Below, in pieces: positions 22,171-31,775 of a DNA stretch of 64,000 nt. The DNA is from Trypanosoma brucei (taxonomy: Eukaryota). The position numbers and the translations under genes were made by a program. The DNA lies in NCBI GenBank assembly GCA_000002445.1, contig CM000208.1:2048001-2112000 (forward strand). The letters are read 5' to 3'. Position 1 is the first letter of the stretch. Each line of letters opens with the position of its first letter. The notes below the pieces were generated by a model, which saw only the letters and a program-made list of their open reading frames with translations, was not told where the DNA came from and made no database searches.

Positions 22171-22975
22171 TGTAGCGGCGGGCAGAGGAACTAATGGGTA
22201 CTCATTTGCGCGTACACACACGCGTGCACACATACGTAAGTACTTTACGTTTTGTGCGCTGGCCTGCTTCCGAGGCAAGTAGTTGTTAACCCGTGGAGGG
22301 GGGTCGGCAAGAGGAAGGTGGAGAGAGTCATTTTGGGAAAGGAAGGAGAAAAGCCAAAAAATATATGCGAAAGAGGGAAAGTGCTAGTGAGTGGTAAAAT
22401 GCTGTCGTACCTACCCGGTCACCCGACGTGGGTGCTCTGCTCCCCAGCAGGTTGTTACCATCAAACGCATGGCGCCTCTTTCTGGGGGTTGTGCTCGTCG
22501 AAGCCAAGAATTAGGTGGTGCATCCTCGTTACCGTGTTGTATTCATGCGTTTGGATGTGCAAGTGAATGGGGAATGCTGTGCGATCCCCGTTGTGTGTCT
22601 ATCGCGGCTTCCTATCGAATATCTTCATGGGGGTTCTCATTCTTCGGCTAAAGAGCTTCCTTATTTACCTATTTTTTTTTTAAGTTGGTGGAAGTGTGTA
22701 TGTGGGGAAGAGTAGGGGAATATGCGTTTTCACAAGTTTTCAAAATCTTCTAGTGTTGTGGGGCGCGTGTCCGCGTGGTTACCTCCAAGTAATTGATGGC
22801 AAAGGCAGAGAACTTTCGCGTTGTCCCCTCTTTTTTCCGCTATACCTTGCTATTGGGTTACTTTATGCTTTTCTCTCTTTTCTACCCTCATTTCACTTTC
22901 ATCACACGCCTCTTAACTTGCACGAACACTGTACGCTATCCACCGGGTCTAGTGATATCCAAGTGAGTGCACACC

Positions 22976-23404
22976 ATGGCTGACGAGAATCAGGTTGAAA
23001 AACAGGTGGAACCAACGCCTGTCGTGGAGGTGATTGATGTGGAGCCCGACACACTGCAAGACGCGATTCGCATCGTCATACGTAAGGCGCTCGAGGTAAA
23101 CGGACTTGTCCGCGGCCTTTCTGAGGTTGCTCGGGCGTTGGACCGCCGCACCGCGCACATGTGTATTCTCGCTACGGACTGTGACGATGAAGAGTACAAG
23201 AAGCTGATCAAGGCGCTTGCTCTTCAGGCGAGCATTGACATTATTGAGGTCGATTCTCGAGAGGAGCTGGCCGAGTGGGCGGGGCTGCAGAGGCGTAAAC
23301 AAGATGAAACCGTCAAAACCTTCAAATGCTCATGTGTTGCCATACGCGACTTTGGGGAGCGGACGAAGGCCCTCGATATGCTTTTGAACAAGCTGTCCCA
23401 CTAG
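22976..23404 (+). CDS. RPS12: 40S ribosomal protein S12 (eS12)
   Basis: 142 aa from the ATG at 22976 (MADENQVEK…). It carries the conserved eS12 core …ALEVNGLVRGLSEVARALDRRTAHMCILATDCDDEEYKKLIKALA…WAGL…KCSCVAIRDFGE. Confidence 0.85.
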   Translation: MADENQVEKQVEPTPVVEVIDVEPDTLQDAIRIVIRKALEVNGLVRGLSEVARALDRRTAHMCILATDCDDEEYKKLIKALALQASIDIIEVDSREELAEWAGLQRRKQDETVKTFKCSCVAIRDFGERTKALDMLLNKLSH

Positions 23405-24418
23405 CCAGTGCAGGAGCTCACTCACGATAACACAAGCAGTTGTGGGGTGGTCGTGCGCCCTGTATTCTTTTTTTTTATTTTTTTCTATAAACTTTTCCCC
23501 TGACTTTCAAATAATTTGGATCCACTTCCGCGGGAGCAATAGACGGTGCCCGTCAAGGGGCATCGTTGCCGCTTCGGTGTAGCTACCAACTATGTACTTA
23601 TGCGTTCCCCACTCTTTAGGTGGTGAGCGCACTCTAGACACTTTTCTGTTGCTTCCCGCTAACGTTTTTTCTTCTGCCTTTTTCCCCTTTGCTTTCGTGA
23701 TTCAAAAAAAAAAAGGTACCCACACGCGAGCAACGGATGCAAGCGGGGTAATTTTCACGCTCATGCGCATACCACAAAGCGGGAGCGTTACGTTCAGCAA
23801 ATGTTACGCATGTCACTGATGTGGCATTAGGTAAGAAGAACAGCTCGGTGCGCATATTTCTCACAACACCGCCGGTGTGCACAAGCAAACTGCAAATCAA
23901 ACATGTAATTAACTCACCGAGCGAAAACCCCGAGGCGGCGTACTGGGCCGACCGCGTAGGACACGAGATGACTTAAGCAAAATTGGAAACAAAAAAACAA
24001 TACTGTAAGAGTTTCTGATAAGACAAACGGTAAATGTTAGTCTGTAAGACTAAGCATCTATACGCTTATACACATATCGTATGTTAAGATAACACTGACG
24101 GTTTCCACTGAATTCGCATCTAGACACAGGGGACCATATAACTGTAGGTGAAAAGAGAGGTAGGATAAAGTCGATATAAATAAAAAAAAGTTTTAATAAG
24201 GTCGGTACTGTAAAAAAAAAAAAGCGACACTAATGGTGTGCTGCTTCGGTCAGCTCTCCCTTTGCTTTCACACTGTGTGGAGTCTGTGTATCACTGCTTC
24301 AGCTGCACGATGCCCTTCATCTTCGTGGAATCATATTCTTTCTCCCTCCCATATTGTTTTATTATTGTCAGTTACGCAATCAGGCAAACTCATATAAATT
24401 GTCCAGTGACCCAAAACA

Positions 24419-26002
24419 ATGACTGAGCGTCGTGATAACGTTTCCCACGCACCTGATGCCATCGAGGGCCCAAACGATGGTGCTCACGCCGAGGACACAT
24501 CGCCGGGTTTCTTCTCATTCGAAAATCTTGGTGTGGCGCAGGTACAAGTCGTCGGAGGAACTCTGAACGGATATGTTATTGGGTATGTTGCTGTGTATTT
24601 GCTGCTGTACCTGACGGCAACTGAGTGCAAATTTACTACGGAGGGTGCATGTGGCGGAGCTAAGATATATGGGTGCAAATGGAGCGGCACGACATGCAAA
24701 TTCGAGAATCCCAAATGTAGTGAAGGCTCCGATCCTTCCGATTCTTGCAAAAACGAGGTGGCCTACACGTCTGTTTACAGCGGTATCTTTGCCTGCGCCA
24801 TGATCGTTGGTTCAATGGTTGGGTCGATTATAGCCGGGAAGTGCATCACTACGTTTGGACTGAAGAAATCATTCATCATTGTCTCAGTCACCTGTACTAT
24901 AGCTTGTGTTGTGGTGCAGGTAGCGATTGAGTACAATAATTACTACGCACTGTGCACTGGACGAGTGCTCATAGGTCTCGGCGTTGGTATTTTATGCTCT
25001 GTTTGCCCCATGTATGTGAATGAGAACGCACATCCCAAACTCTGCAAGATGGACGGTGTGTTGTTTCAGGTGTTCACAACACTTGGCATTATGCTTGCCG
25101 CGATGCTGGGTCTGATTTTGGACAAAACAGGAGCTAGTAAAGAAGAGGCAAACATGGCTGGGCGGTTACACGTTTTTTCAGCGGTACCGCTTGGATTGTC
25201 CGTCGCCATGTTCCTAGTGGGCATGTTCCTCCGCGAAAGCACTGCAACATTTTCCCAAGACGATGATGGTAAGGCTGATGGCGGAATGGACCCCAACGAG
25301 TATGGCTGGGGGCAGATGTTGTGGCCACTGTTCATGGGCGCTGTAACCGCTGGTACGCTGCAACTGACTGGGATCAACGCGGTAATGAACTATGCGCCGA
25401 AGATTACAGAGAACCTCGGAATGGATCCATCACTTGGCAACTTTCTGGTTATGGCATGGAATTTTGTGACATCCCTTGCGGCTATTCCACTTGCGTCACG
25501 CTTTACGATGCGTCAAATGTTTATCACCTGTTCCTTTGTTGCGTCATGTATGTGCTTGTTCCTATGTGGAATCCCAGTGTTCCCCGGTGTTGCTGAAGAA
25601 AAGGTGAAGAATGGTGTGGCAACTACTGGTATCGCCCTGTTCATAGCTGCATTTGAGTTTGGTGTTGGGTCGTGCTTCTTCGTGCTTGCACAGGACCTTT
25701 TCCCACCATCATTCCGACCTAAGGGCGGTTCGTTTGTTGTCATGATGCAGTTTATCTTTAACATCCTTATTAACCTATTGTATCCCATTACAACCGAAGC
25801 TATATCTGGTGGGCCAACTGCCAACCAGGACAAGGGACAGGCCGTTGCATTCATACTGTTTGGTTTAATTGGCTTGATTTGTTCGGTTCTGCAGTTCTTT
25901 TACTTGTATCCATATGATGCCAATCAGGACCATGAGAATGACCATGGTGGTGAGCCTGTGGAACAGAAGACATATCCCGTTGAAGCATCTCCGCGGAACT
26001 AA
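24419..26002 (+). CDS. THT1: Hexose (glucose) transporter THT1-type, MFS sugar porter, array copy 1
   Basis: 527 aa. The N-terminus MTERRDNVSHAPDAIEGPNDGAHAEDTSPGFFSFENLGVAQVQVVGGTLNGYVIGYVAVYLLLY and the Cys-rich first exofacial loop match the T. brucei THT1 isoform as I recall it. Twelve hydrophobic TM segments are evident. C-terminus …HGGEPVEQKTYPVEASPRN. Confidence 0.85.
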   Translation: MTERRDNVSHAPDAIEGPNDGAHAEDTSPGFFSFENLGVAQVQVVGGTLNGYVIGYVAVYLLLYLTATECKFTTEGACGGAKIYGCKWSGTTCKFENPKCSEGSDPSDSCKNEVAYTSVYSGIFACAMIVGSMVGSIIAGKCITTFGLKKSFIIVSVTCTIACVVVQVAIEYNNYYALCTGRVLIGLGVGILCSVCPMYVNENAHPKLCKMDGVLFQVFTTLGIMLAAMLGLILDKTGASKEEANMAGRLHVFSAVPLGLSVAMFLVGMFLRESTATFSQDDDGKADGGMDPNEYGWGQMLWPLFMGAVTAGTLQLTGINAVMNYAPKITENLGMDPSLGNFLVMAWNFVTSLAAIPLASRFTMRQMFITCSFVASCMCLFLCGIPVFPGVAEEKVKNGVATTGIALFIAAFEFGVGSCFFVLAQDLFPPSFRPKGGSFVVMMQFIFNILINLLYPITTEAISGGPTANQDKGQAVAFILFGLIGLICSVLQFFYLYPYDANQDHENDHGGEPVEQKTYPVEASPRN

Positions 26003-26464
26003 AGCACTGAAGCTTAATTCATCTGGTGAGGTATTGTTTGTCTCGCCCGCATGACTCATGTGCTGGGGAAGTGTAAAAGGGGGGATGGCGACGAAGTTGT
26101 TTCTTGCATATTTCTCGCGCATCTGATGAATTAAAAAAAAAACGATTATTGCATAACATGATTATCTGACCACAAAACGTTTTGTAGTTTGAAGGAGGTA
26201 ATTGGGTAATGTTTTAGAGGTCGTCAATATTAGTGGCGTTAATGAAAACGGATTTTAAAATTTACTTCTTTTTGCTGTTTTATGTTGTCTATATATACTT
26301 TTGTTTTTCCATCAAGTCGACTGTGCCTATTATTATCTGCTCCGTTTTGTAGCAGCGGATGGACAGATGGATGAAGTGATATATGAGGGCAGTATGCTGT
26401 TAGTGTGTATGTGCACTCTAAAGCTGCTGCTGTGTCGGGATAGTGATTTACGTAGGGCAGTTGA

Positions 26465-26487
26465 TTTTTCTTTTTTCTTTTTTTTTG
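26465..26487 (+). promoter_or_regulatory. Polypyrimidine tract in the inter-THT spacer (candidate trans-splicing/polyadenylation-coupling signal)
   Basis: tttttcttttttctttttttttg about 320 nt upstream of the copy-2 ATG. The same tract recurs at 29025..29048 upstream of copy 3. The functional assignment comes from general kinetoplastid mRNA-processing knowledge. Confidence 0.5.
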
Positions 26488-26807
26488 TAATATTATACAA
26501 TTGAAGACGTTTCTTAATATTTTTTTGAAAAAAAAACATTGTGTTGTTTTTTATTGGTGTACAGGGGACAACTCGTTTTATTAAAACCCTTTGTCGTTGG
26601 GCTGTGCCCCAATTCTGGCGTCACGCGATGTTCTTCTATAATGATCTCTTACTTTACCCGTAACACCACATTAATGGTTTATTTCACTTTTTTGGTTGAT
26701 TTTGTTTGGATTGCTGCCGCCACATTACGTCTCCCTTCCATATTGTTTTATTATTGTCAGTTACGCAATCAGGCAAACTCATATAAATTGTCCAGTGACC
26801 CAAAACA

Positions 26808-28394
26808 ATGACTGAGCGTCGTGATAACGTTTCCCACGCACCTGATGCCATCGAGGGCCCAAACGATGGTGCTCACGCCGAGGACACATCACCGGGTTTC
26901 TTCTCATTCGAGAATCTTGGTGTGGCGCAAGTACAAGTCGTCGGAGGAACTCTGAACGGATATGTTATTGGGTATGTTGCTGTGTATTTGCTGCTGTACC
27001 TGACGGCAACTGAGTGCAAATTTACTACGGAGGTTGCATGTGGCGGAGCTAAGATATATGGGTGCAAATGGAGCGGCACGACATGCAAATTCGAGAATCC
27101 CAAATGTAGTGAAGGCTCCGATCCTTCCGATTCTTGCAAAAACGAGGTGGCCTACACGTCTGTTTACAGCGGTATCTTTGCCTGCGCCATGATCGTTGGT
27201 TCAATGGTTGGGTCGATTATAGCCGGGAAGTGCATCACTACGTTTGGACTGAAGAAATCATTTATCATTGTCTCAATCACTTGTACTATAGCTTGTGTTG
27301 TGGTGCAGGTAGCGATTGAGTACAATAATTACTACGCACTGTGCACTGGACGAGTGCTCATAGGTCTCGGCGTTGGTATTTTATGCTCTGTTTGCCCCAT
27401 GTATGTGAATGAGAACGCACATCCCAAACTCTGCAAGATGGACGGTGTGTTGTTTCAGGTGTTCACAACACTTGGCATTATGCTTGCCGCGATGCTGGGT
27501 CTGATTTTGGACAAAACAGGAGCTAGTAAAGAAGAGGCAAACATGGCTGGGCGGTTACACGTTTTTTCAGCGGTACCGCTTGGATTGTCCGTCGCCATGT
27601 TCCTAGTGGGCATGTTCCTCCGCGAAAGCACTGCAACATTTTCCCAAGACGATGATGGTAAGGCTGATGGCGGAATGGACCCCAACGAGTATGGCTGGGG
27701 GCAGATGTTGTGGCCACTGTTCATGGGCGCTGTAACCGCTGGTACGCTGCAGCTGACTGGGATCAACGCGGTAATGAACTATGCGCCGAAGATTACAGAG
27801 AACCTCGGAATGGATCCATCACTTGGCAACTTTCTGGTTATGGCATGGAATTTTGTGACATCCCTTGTGGCTATTCCACTTGCGTCACGCTTTACGATGC
27901 GTCAAATGTTTATCACCTGTTCCTTTGTTGCGTCATGTATGTGCTTGTTCCTATGTGGAATCCCAGTGTTCCCCGGTGTTGCTGAAGAAAAGGTGAAGAA
28001 TGGTGTGGCAACTACTGGTATCGCCCTGTTCATAGCTGCATTTGAGTTTGGTGTTGGGTCGTGCTTCTTCGTGCTTGCACAGGACCTTTTCCCACCATCA
28101 TTCCGACCTAAGGGCTCTTCGTTTGTTGTCATGATGCAGTTTATCTTTAACATCCTTATTAACCTATTGTATCCCATTACAACCGAAGCTATATCTGGTG
28201 GGCCAACCGGCGACCAGGATAAGGGACAGGCCGTTGTATTCATACTGTTTGGTTTAATTGGCTTGATTTGTTTCGTTCTGCAGTTCTTTTACTTGTATCC
28301 ATATGATGCCAATCAGGACCATGAGAATGACCATGGCACTGAGCCCGTGGAACGTATTGCTTCTCCCGTTGATGTCCCCACGCCGCGGAACTAA
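26808..28394 (+). CDS. THT1: Hexose transporter, chimeric: THT1-type N-terminal and first-loop region, THT2-type C-terminal ~70 aa and THT2-type 3' flank
   Basis: 528 aa. Identical to copy 1 through the THT1-type loop (…LTATECKFTTEVACGGAKIYGCKWSGTTCKFENPKCSEG…) apart from a few substitutions (G→V, V→I, A→V). From …KGSSFVVMMQ… to …HGTEPVERIASPVDVPTPRN it is identical to copy 3 (THT2). The downstream flank follows the copy-3 sequence, not the copy-1 sequence, from 'ggcgacgtaaccg' onward. Confidence 0.8.
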   Translation: MTERRDNVSHAPDAIEGPNDGAHAEDTSPGFFSFENLGVAQVQVVGGTLNGYVIGYVAVYLLLYLTATECKFTTEVACGGAKIYGCKWSGTTCKFENPKCSEGSDPSDSCKNEVAYTSVYSGIFACAMIVGSMVGSIIAGKCITTFGLKKSFIIVSITCTIACVVVQVAIEYNNYYALCTGRVLIGLGVGILCSVCPMYVNENAHPKLCKMDGVLFQVFTTLGIMLAAMLGLILDKTGASKEEANMAGRLHVFSAVPLGLSVAMFLVGMFLRESTATFSQDDDGKADGGMDPNEYGWGQMLWPLFMGAVTAGTLQLTGINAVMNYAPKITENLGMDPSLGNFLVMAWNFVTSLVAIPLASRFTMRQMFITCSFVASCMCLFLCGIPVFPGVAEEKVKNGVATTGIALFIAAFEFGVGSCFFVLAQDLFPPSFRPKGSSFVVMMQFIFNILINLLYPITTEAISGGPTGDQDKGQAVVFILFGLIGLICFVLQFFYLYPYDANQDHENDHGTEPVERIASPVDVPTPRN

Positions 28395-29369
28395 AGCACT
28401 GAAGCTTAATTCATCTGGTGAGGTATTGTTTGTCTCGCCCGCATGACTCATGTGCTGGGGAAGTGTAAAAGGGGGGATGGCGACGTAACCGATATTGTTA
28501 GAGGGCGGGAATTCCCCTCGATGTTTACGTTGTGAGGTAAATAAAACAGGATTTCTGTTGGGCCTTTGGATTTGACATTTTAAGGTTATCTCCCATGTCC
28601 CTATTTTAACGAGGCAGCAATCGCTATAGTGTATCTGATGTACCAATTGATGAGGCTGACCGTTTGTTTTTCCAGACTGTGGTTAGAATTGTAACTTGAT
28701 TCCATATTGTTTTAATGAGCGTACGGATTATGCCTTAGCGGATATTACTGTTATTTTTCTTTTAACTGAGCGAGTTAATTTACTGATTCTATTTCTTTGT
28801 AATTTAAAAGTTCGTTAATACCACGCTCTTTTCGATTATATTATCGATCACTTTGTTCTCTTTCATTTTGTCGACCTATGAATATTCTTGGTTTTCTGTC
28901 TTGTTGCACGGCAATAGATGGACAGATGGATGAAGTGATATATGAGGGCAGTATGCTGTTAGTGTGTATGTGCACTCTAAAGCTGCTGCTGTGTCGGGAT
29001 AGTGATTTACGTAGGGCAGTTGATTTTTCTTTTTTCTTTTTTTTTTTTGTAATATTATACAATTGAAGACGTTTCTTAATAGTTTTTTGAAAAAAAAACA
29101 TTGTGTTGTTTTTTATTGGTGTACAGGGGACAACTTGTTTTATTAAAACCCTTTGTCGTTGGGCTGTGCCCCAATTCTGGCGTCACGCGATGTTCTTCTA
29201 TAATGATCTCTTACTTTACCCGTAACACCACATTAATGGTTTATTTCACTTTTTTGGTTGATTTTGTTTGGATTGCTGCTGCCACATTACGTCTCCCTTC
29301 CATATTGTTTTATTATTGTCAGTTACGCAATCAGGCAAACTCATATAAATTGTCCAGTGACCCAAAACA

Positions 29370-30959
29370 ATGACTGAGCGTCGTGATAACGTTTCCCACG
29401 CACCTGATGCCATCGAGGGCCCAAACGATGGTGCTCACGCCGAGGACACATCACCGGGTTTTTTCTCACTCGAGAATCTTGGTGTGGCGCAGGTACAAGT
29501 CGTCGGAGGAACTCTGAACGGATTTTCCATCGGCTTTGTTGCTGTGTACATCCTTCTCTATGAAGTGGCGACGAATTGTTCATTATTCAAGACTACGGAA
29601 GCGTGCAAGGCCGTGGGTTCTTATGGATGTGAGTGGAAGGATACGGAAGTGTGCTCATGGAAGAAGGAATGTGACTCCGATTCCGATGGTGTCAATCCAT
29701 GCGAAAGCCTTATTGGGTACAGCTCGCTTTACAGCGGTATCTTTGCTTCTGCCATGATCGTTGGTTCAATGGTTGGGTCGATTATAGCCGGGAAGTGCAT
29801 CACTATGTTTGGACTGAAGAAATCATTCATCATTGTTGGCGTCATGAGTGTTGTGGCGTCTGCACTGAACCACATATCCGTGGCAACGAATGAGTTTTGG
29901 GTTCTATGCGCTGGACGAGTGCTCATGGGTATCGGTCTCGGCGTTGTTTGCGTTATTTGCCCCATGTATGTGAATGAGAACGCACATCCCAAACTCTCTA
30001 AGGTGGACGGTGTGTTGTTTCAGGTGTTCATCACGTTTGGGATTATGCTTGCCGCGATGCTGGGTCTGATTTTGGACAAAACGGTTAACTATGATAATGA
30101 CCCCGACATGGCTGGGCGTTTTCACGGTTTTTGTGCAGTGTCATCCGTACTCTCCGTCGCCATGTTCCTAGTGGGCATGTTCCTCCGCGAAAGCACTGCA
30201 ACATTTTCCCAAGACGATGATGGTAAGGCTGATGGCGGAATGGACCCCAACGAGTATGGCTGGGGGCAGATGTTGTGGCCACTGTTCATGGGCGCTGTAA
30301 CCGCTGGTACGCTGCAGCTGACTGGGATCAACGCGGTAATGAACTATGCGCCGAAGATTACAGAGAACCTCGGAATGGACCCATCACTTGGCAACTTTCT
30401 GGTTATGGCATGGAATTTTGTGACATCCCTTGCGGCTATTCCACTTGCGTCACGCTTTACGATGCGTCAAATGTTTATCACCTGTTCCTTTGTTGCGTCA
30501 TGTATGTGCTTGTTCCTATGTGGAATCCCAGTGTTCCCCGGTGTTGCTGAAGAAAAGGTGAAGAATGGTGTGGCAACTACTGGTATCGCCCTGTTCATAG
30601 CTGCATTTGAGTTTGGTGTTGGGTCGTGCTTCTTCGTGCTTGCACAGGACCTTTTCCCACCATCATTCCGACCTAAGGGCTCTTCGTTTGTTGTCATGAT
30701 GCAGTTTATCTTTAACATCCTTATTAACCTATTGTATCCCATTACAACCGAAGCTATATCTGGTGGGCCAACCGGCGACCAGGATAAGGGACAGGCCGTT
30801 GTATTCATACTGTTTGGTTTAATTGGCTTGATTTGTTTCGTTCTGCAGTTCTTTTACTTGTATCCATATGATGCCAATCAGGACCATGAGAATGACCATG
30901 GCACTGAGCCCGTGGAACGTATTGCTTCTCCCGTTGATGTCCCCACGCCGCGGAACTAA
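29370..30959 (+). CDS. THT2: Hexose transporter THT2-type, MFS sugar porter, array copy 3
   Basis: 529 aa. Same leader peptide, then a divergent loop (NGFSIGFVAVYILLYEVATNCSLFKTTEACKAVGSYGCEWKDTEVCSWKKECDSDSDGVNPCES) and a different central loop (NYDNDPD), as in the THT2 isoform. The C-terminal half is identical to copy 2. Confidence 0.85.
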   Translation: MTERRDNVSHAPDAIEGPNDGAHAEDTSPGFFSLENLGVAQVQVVGGTLNGFSIGFVAVYILLYEVATNCSLFKTTEACKAVGSYGCEWKDTEVCSWKKECDSDSDGVNPCESLIGYSSLYSGIFASAMIVGSMVGSIIAGKCITMFGLKKSFIIVGVMSVVASALNHISVATNEFWVLCAGRVLMGIGLGVVCVICPMYVNENAHPKLSKVDGVLFQVFITFGIMLAAMLGLILDKTVNYDNDPDMAGRFHGFCAVSSVLSVAMFLVGMFLRESTATFSQDDDGKADGGMDPNEYGWGQMLWPLFMGAVTAGTLQLTGINAVMNYAPKITENLGMDPSLGNFLVMAWNFVTSLAAIPLASRFTMRQMFITCSFVASCMCLFLCGIPVFPGVAEEKVKNGVATTGIALFIAAFEFGVGSCFFVLAQDLFPPSFRPKGSSFVVMMQFIFNILINLLYPITTEAISGGPTGDQDKGQAVVFILFGLIGLICFVLQFFYLYPYDANQDHENDHGTEPVERIASPVDVPTPRN

Positions 30960-31654
30960 AGCACTGAAGCTTAATTCATCTGGTGAGGTATTGTTTGTCT
31001 CGCCCGCATGACTCATGTGCTGGGGAAGTGTAAAAGGGGGGATGGCGACGTAACCGATATTGTTAGAGGGCGGGAATTCCCCTCGATGTTTACGTTGTGA
31101 GGTAAATAAAACAGGATTTCTGTTGGGCCTTTGGATTTGACATTTTAAGGTTATCTCCCATGTCCCTATTTTAACGAGGCAGCAATCGCTATAGTGTATC
31201 TGATGTACCAATTGATGAGGCTGACCGTTGCAGTAAAATATTCCTTTTTTATTATGTGTTGTGGTGGTCACCGTTTTTTTTAATTTATGACGTGTTATCG
31301 CTTTTTTTTGTTTTCGTTCAAGTGAGTGATGCGGGTTGTTAGTGTTACATATTGTCTTTTCTTGTTTTAATTTTGTAATTTCCTTAATTTTATTATTATT
31401 TTATTATTTTTTCGACCTATGAATATTCTTGGTTTTCTGTCTTGTTGCACGGCAATAGATGGACAGATGGATGAAGTGATATATGAGGGCAGTATGCTGT
31501 TAGTGTGTATGTGCACTCTAAAGCTGCTGCTGTGTCGGGATAGTGATTTACGTAGGGCAGTTGATTATCTCCTTATATATTTGTCTTTTTTTAAAGAAGG
31601 TTATGTAAATCATGAAGCGAAAACGGTTTTGTTTTTTGTTGGAGATGTTTATTT

Positions 31655-31775
31655 TTTAATTTTTTGTTTTTTTTCTCTATTTTGTAACAGTTTTTTATTT
31701 TTATTTTTTTTGGTTTTTGAAGGTGCTTTATTTTCTGTTTTTAAACTTCTTCCTCTTACTTTTTTTTAGTTTTTA
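31655..31775 (+). promoter_or_regulatory. Extended T-rich/polypyrimidine region immediately upstream of the DnaJ start codon (candidate splice-acceptor region)
   Basis: About 120 nt of T-runs (…ttttttattttttttggtttttgaagg…cttcctcttacttttttttagtttttag) ending at the ATG at 31776. Confidence 0.5.

Larger units (their letters stand above)
24340..31575 (+). repeat. Tandem THT gene array: three units of about 2.4–2.6 kb, each with a conserved ~80–250-bp block upstream of the ATG and a conserved ~150-bp spacer block downstream
   Basis: The block 'ccatattgttttattattgtcagttacgcaatcaggcaaactcatataaattgtccagtgacccaaaacaatg' precedes each ATG (24419, 26808, 29370). A longer ~250-bp block ('ttgtacaggggacaac…') precedes copies 2 and 3. 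The block 'gatggacagatggatgaagtgatatatgagggcagtatgctg…cgtagggcagttgatt' occurs after every copy (about 26355, 28915, 31455). Confidence 0.9.

Noticed and set aside
26301-26504. Small ORFs (62–116 aa) recurring at 26301, 28878 and 31419 (MNILGFLSCCTAIDGQMDEVIYEGS…FSFFFFF)
   Set aside because: They sit inside the conserved inter-THT spacer and end in the polypyrimidine tract, and their recurrence reflects the DNA repeat. They were treated as spacer or UTR sequence.
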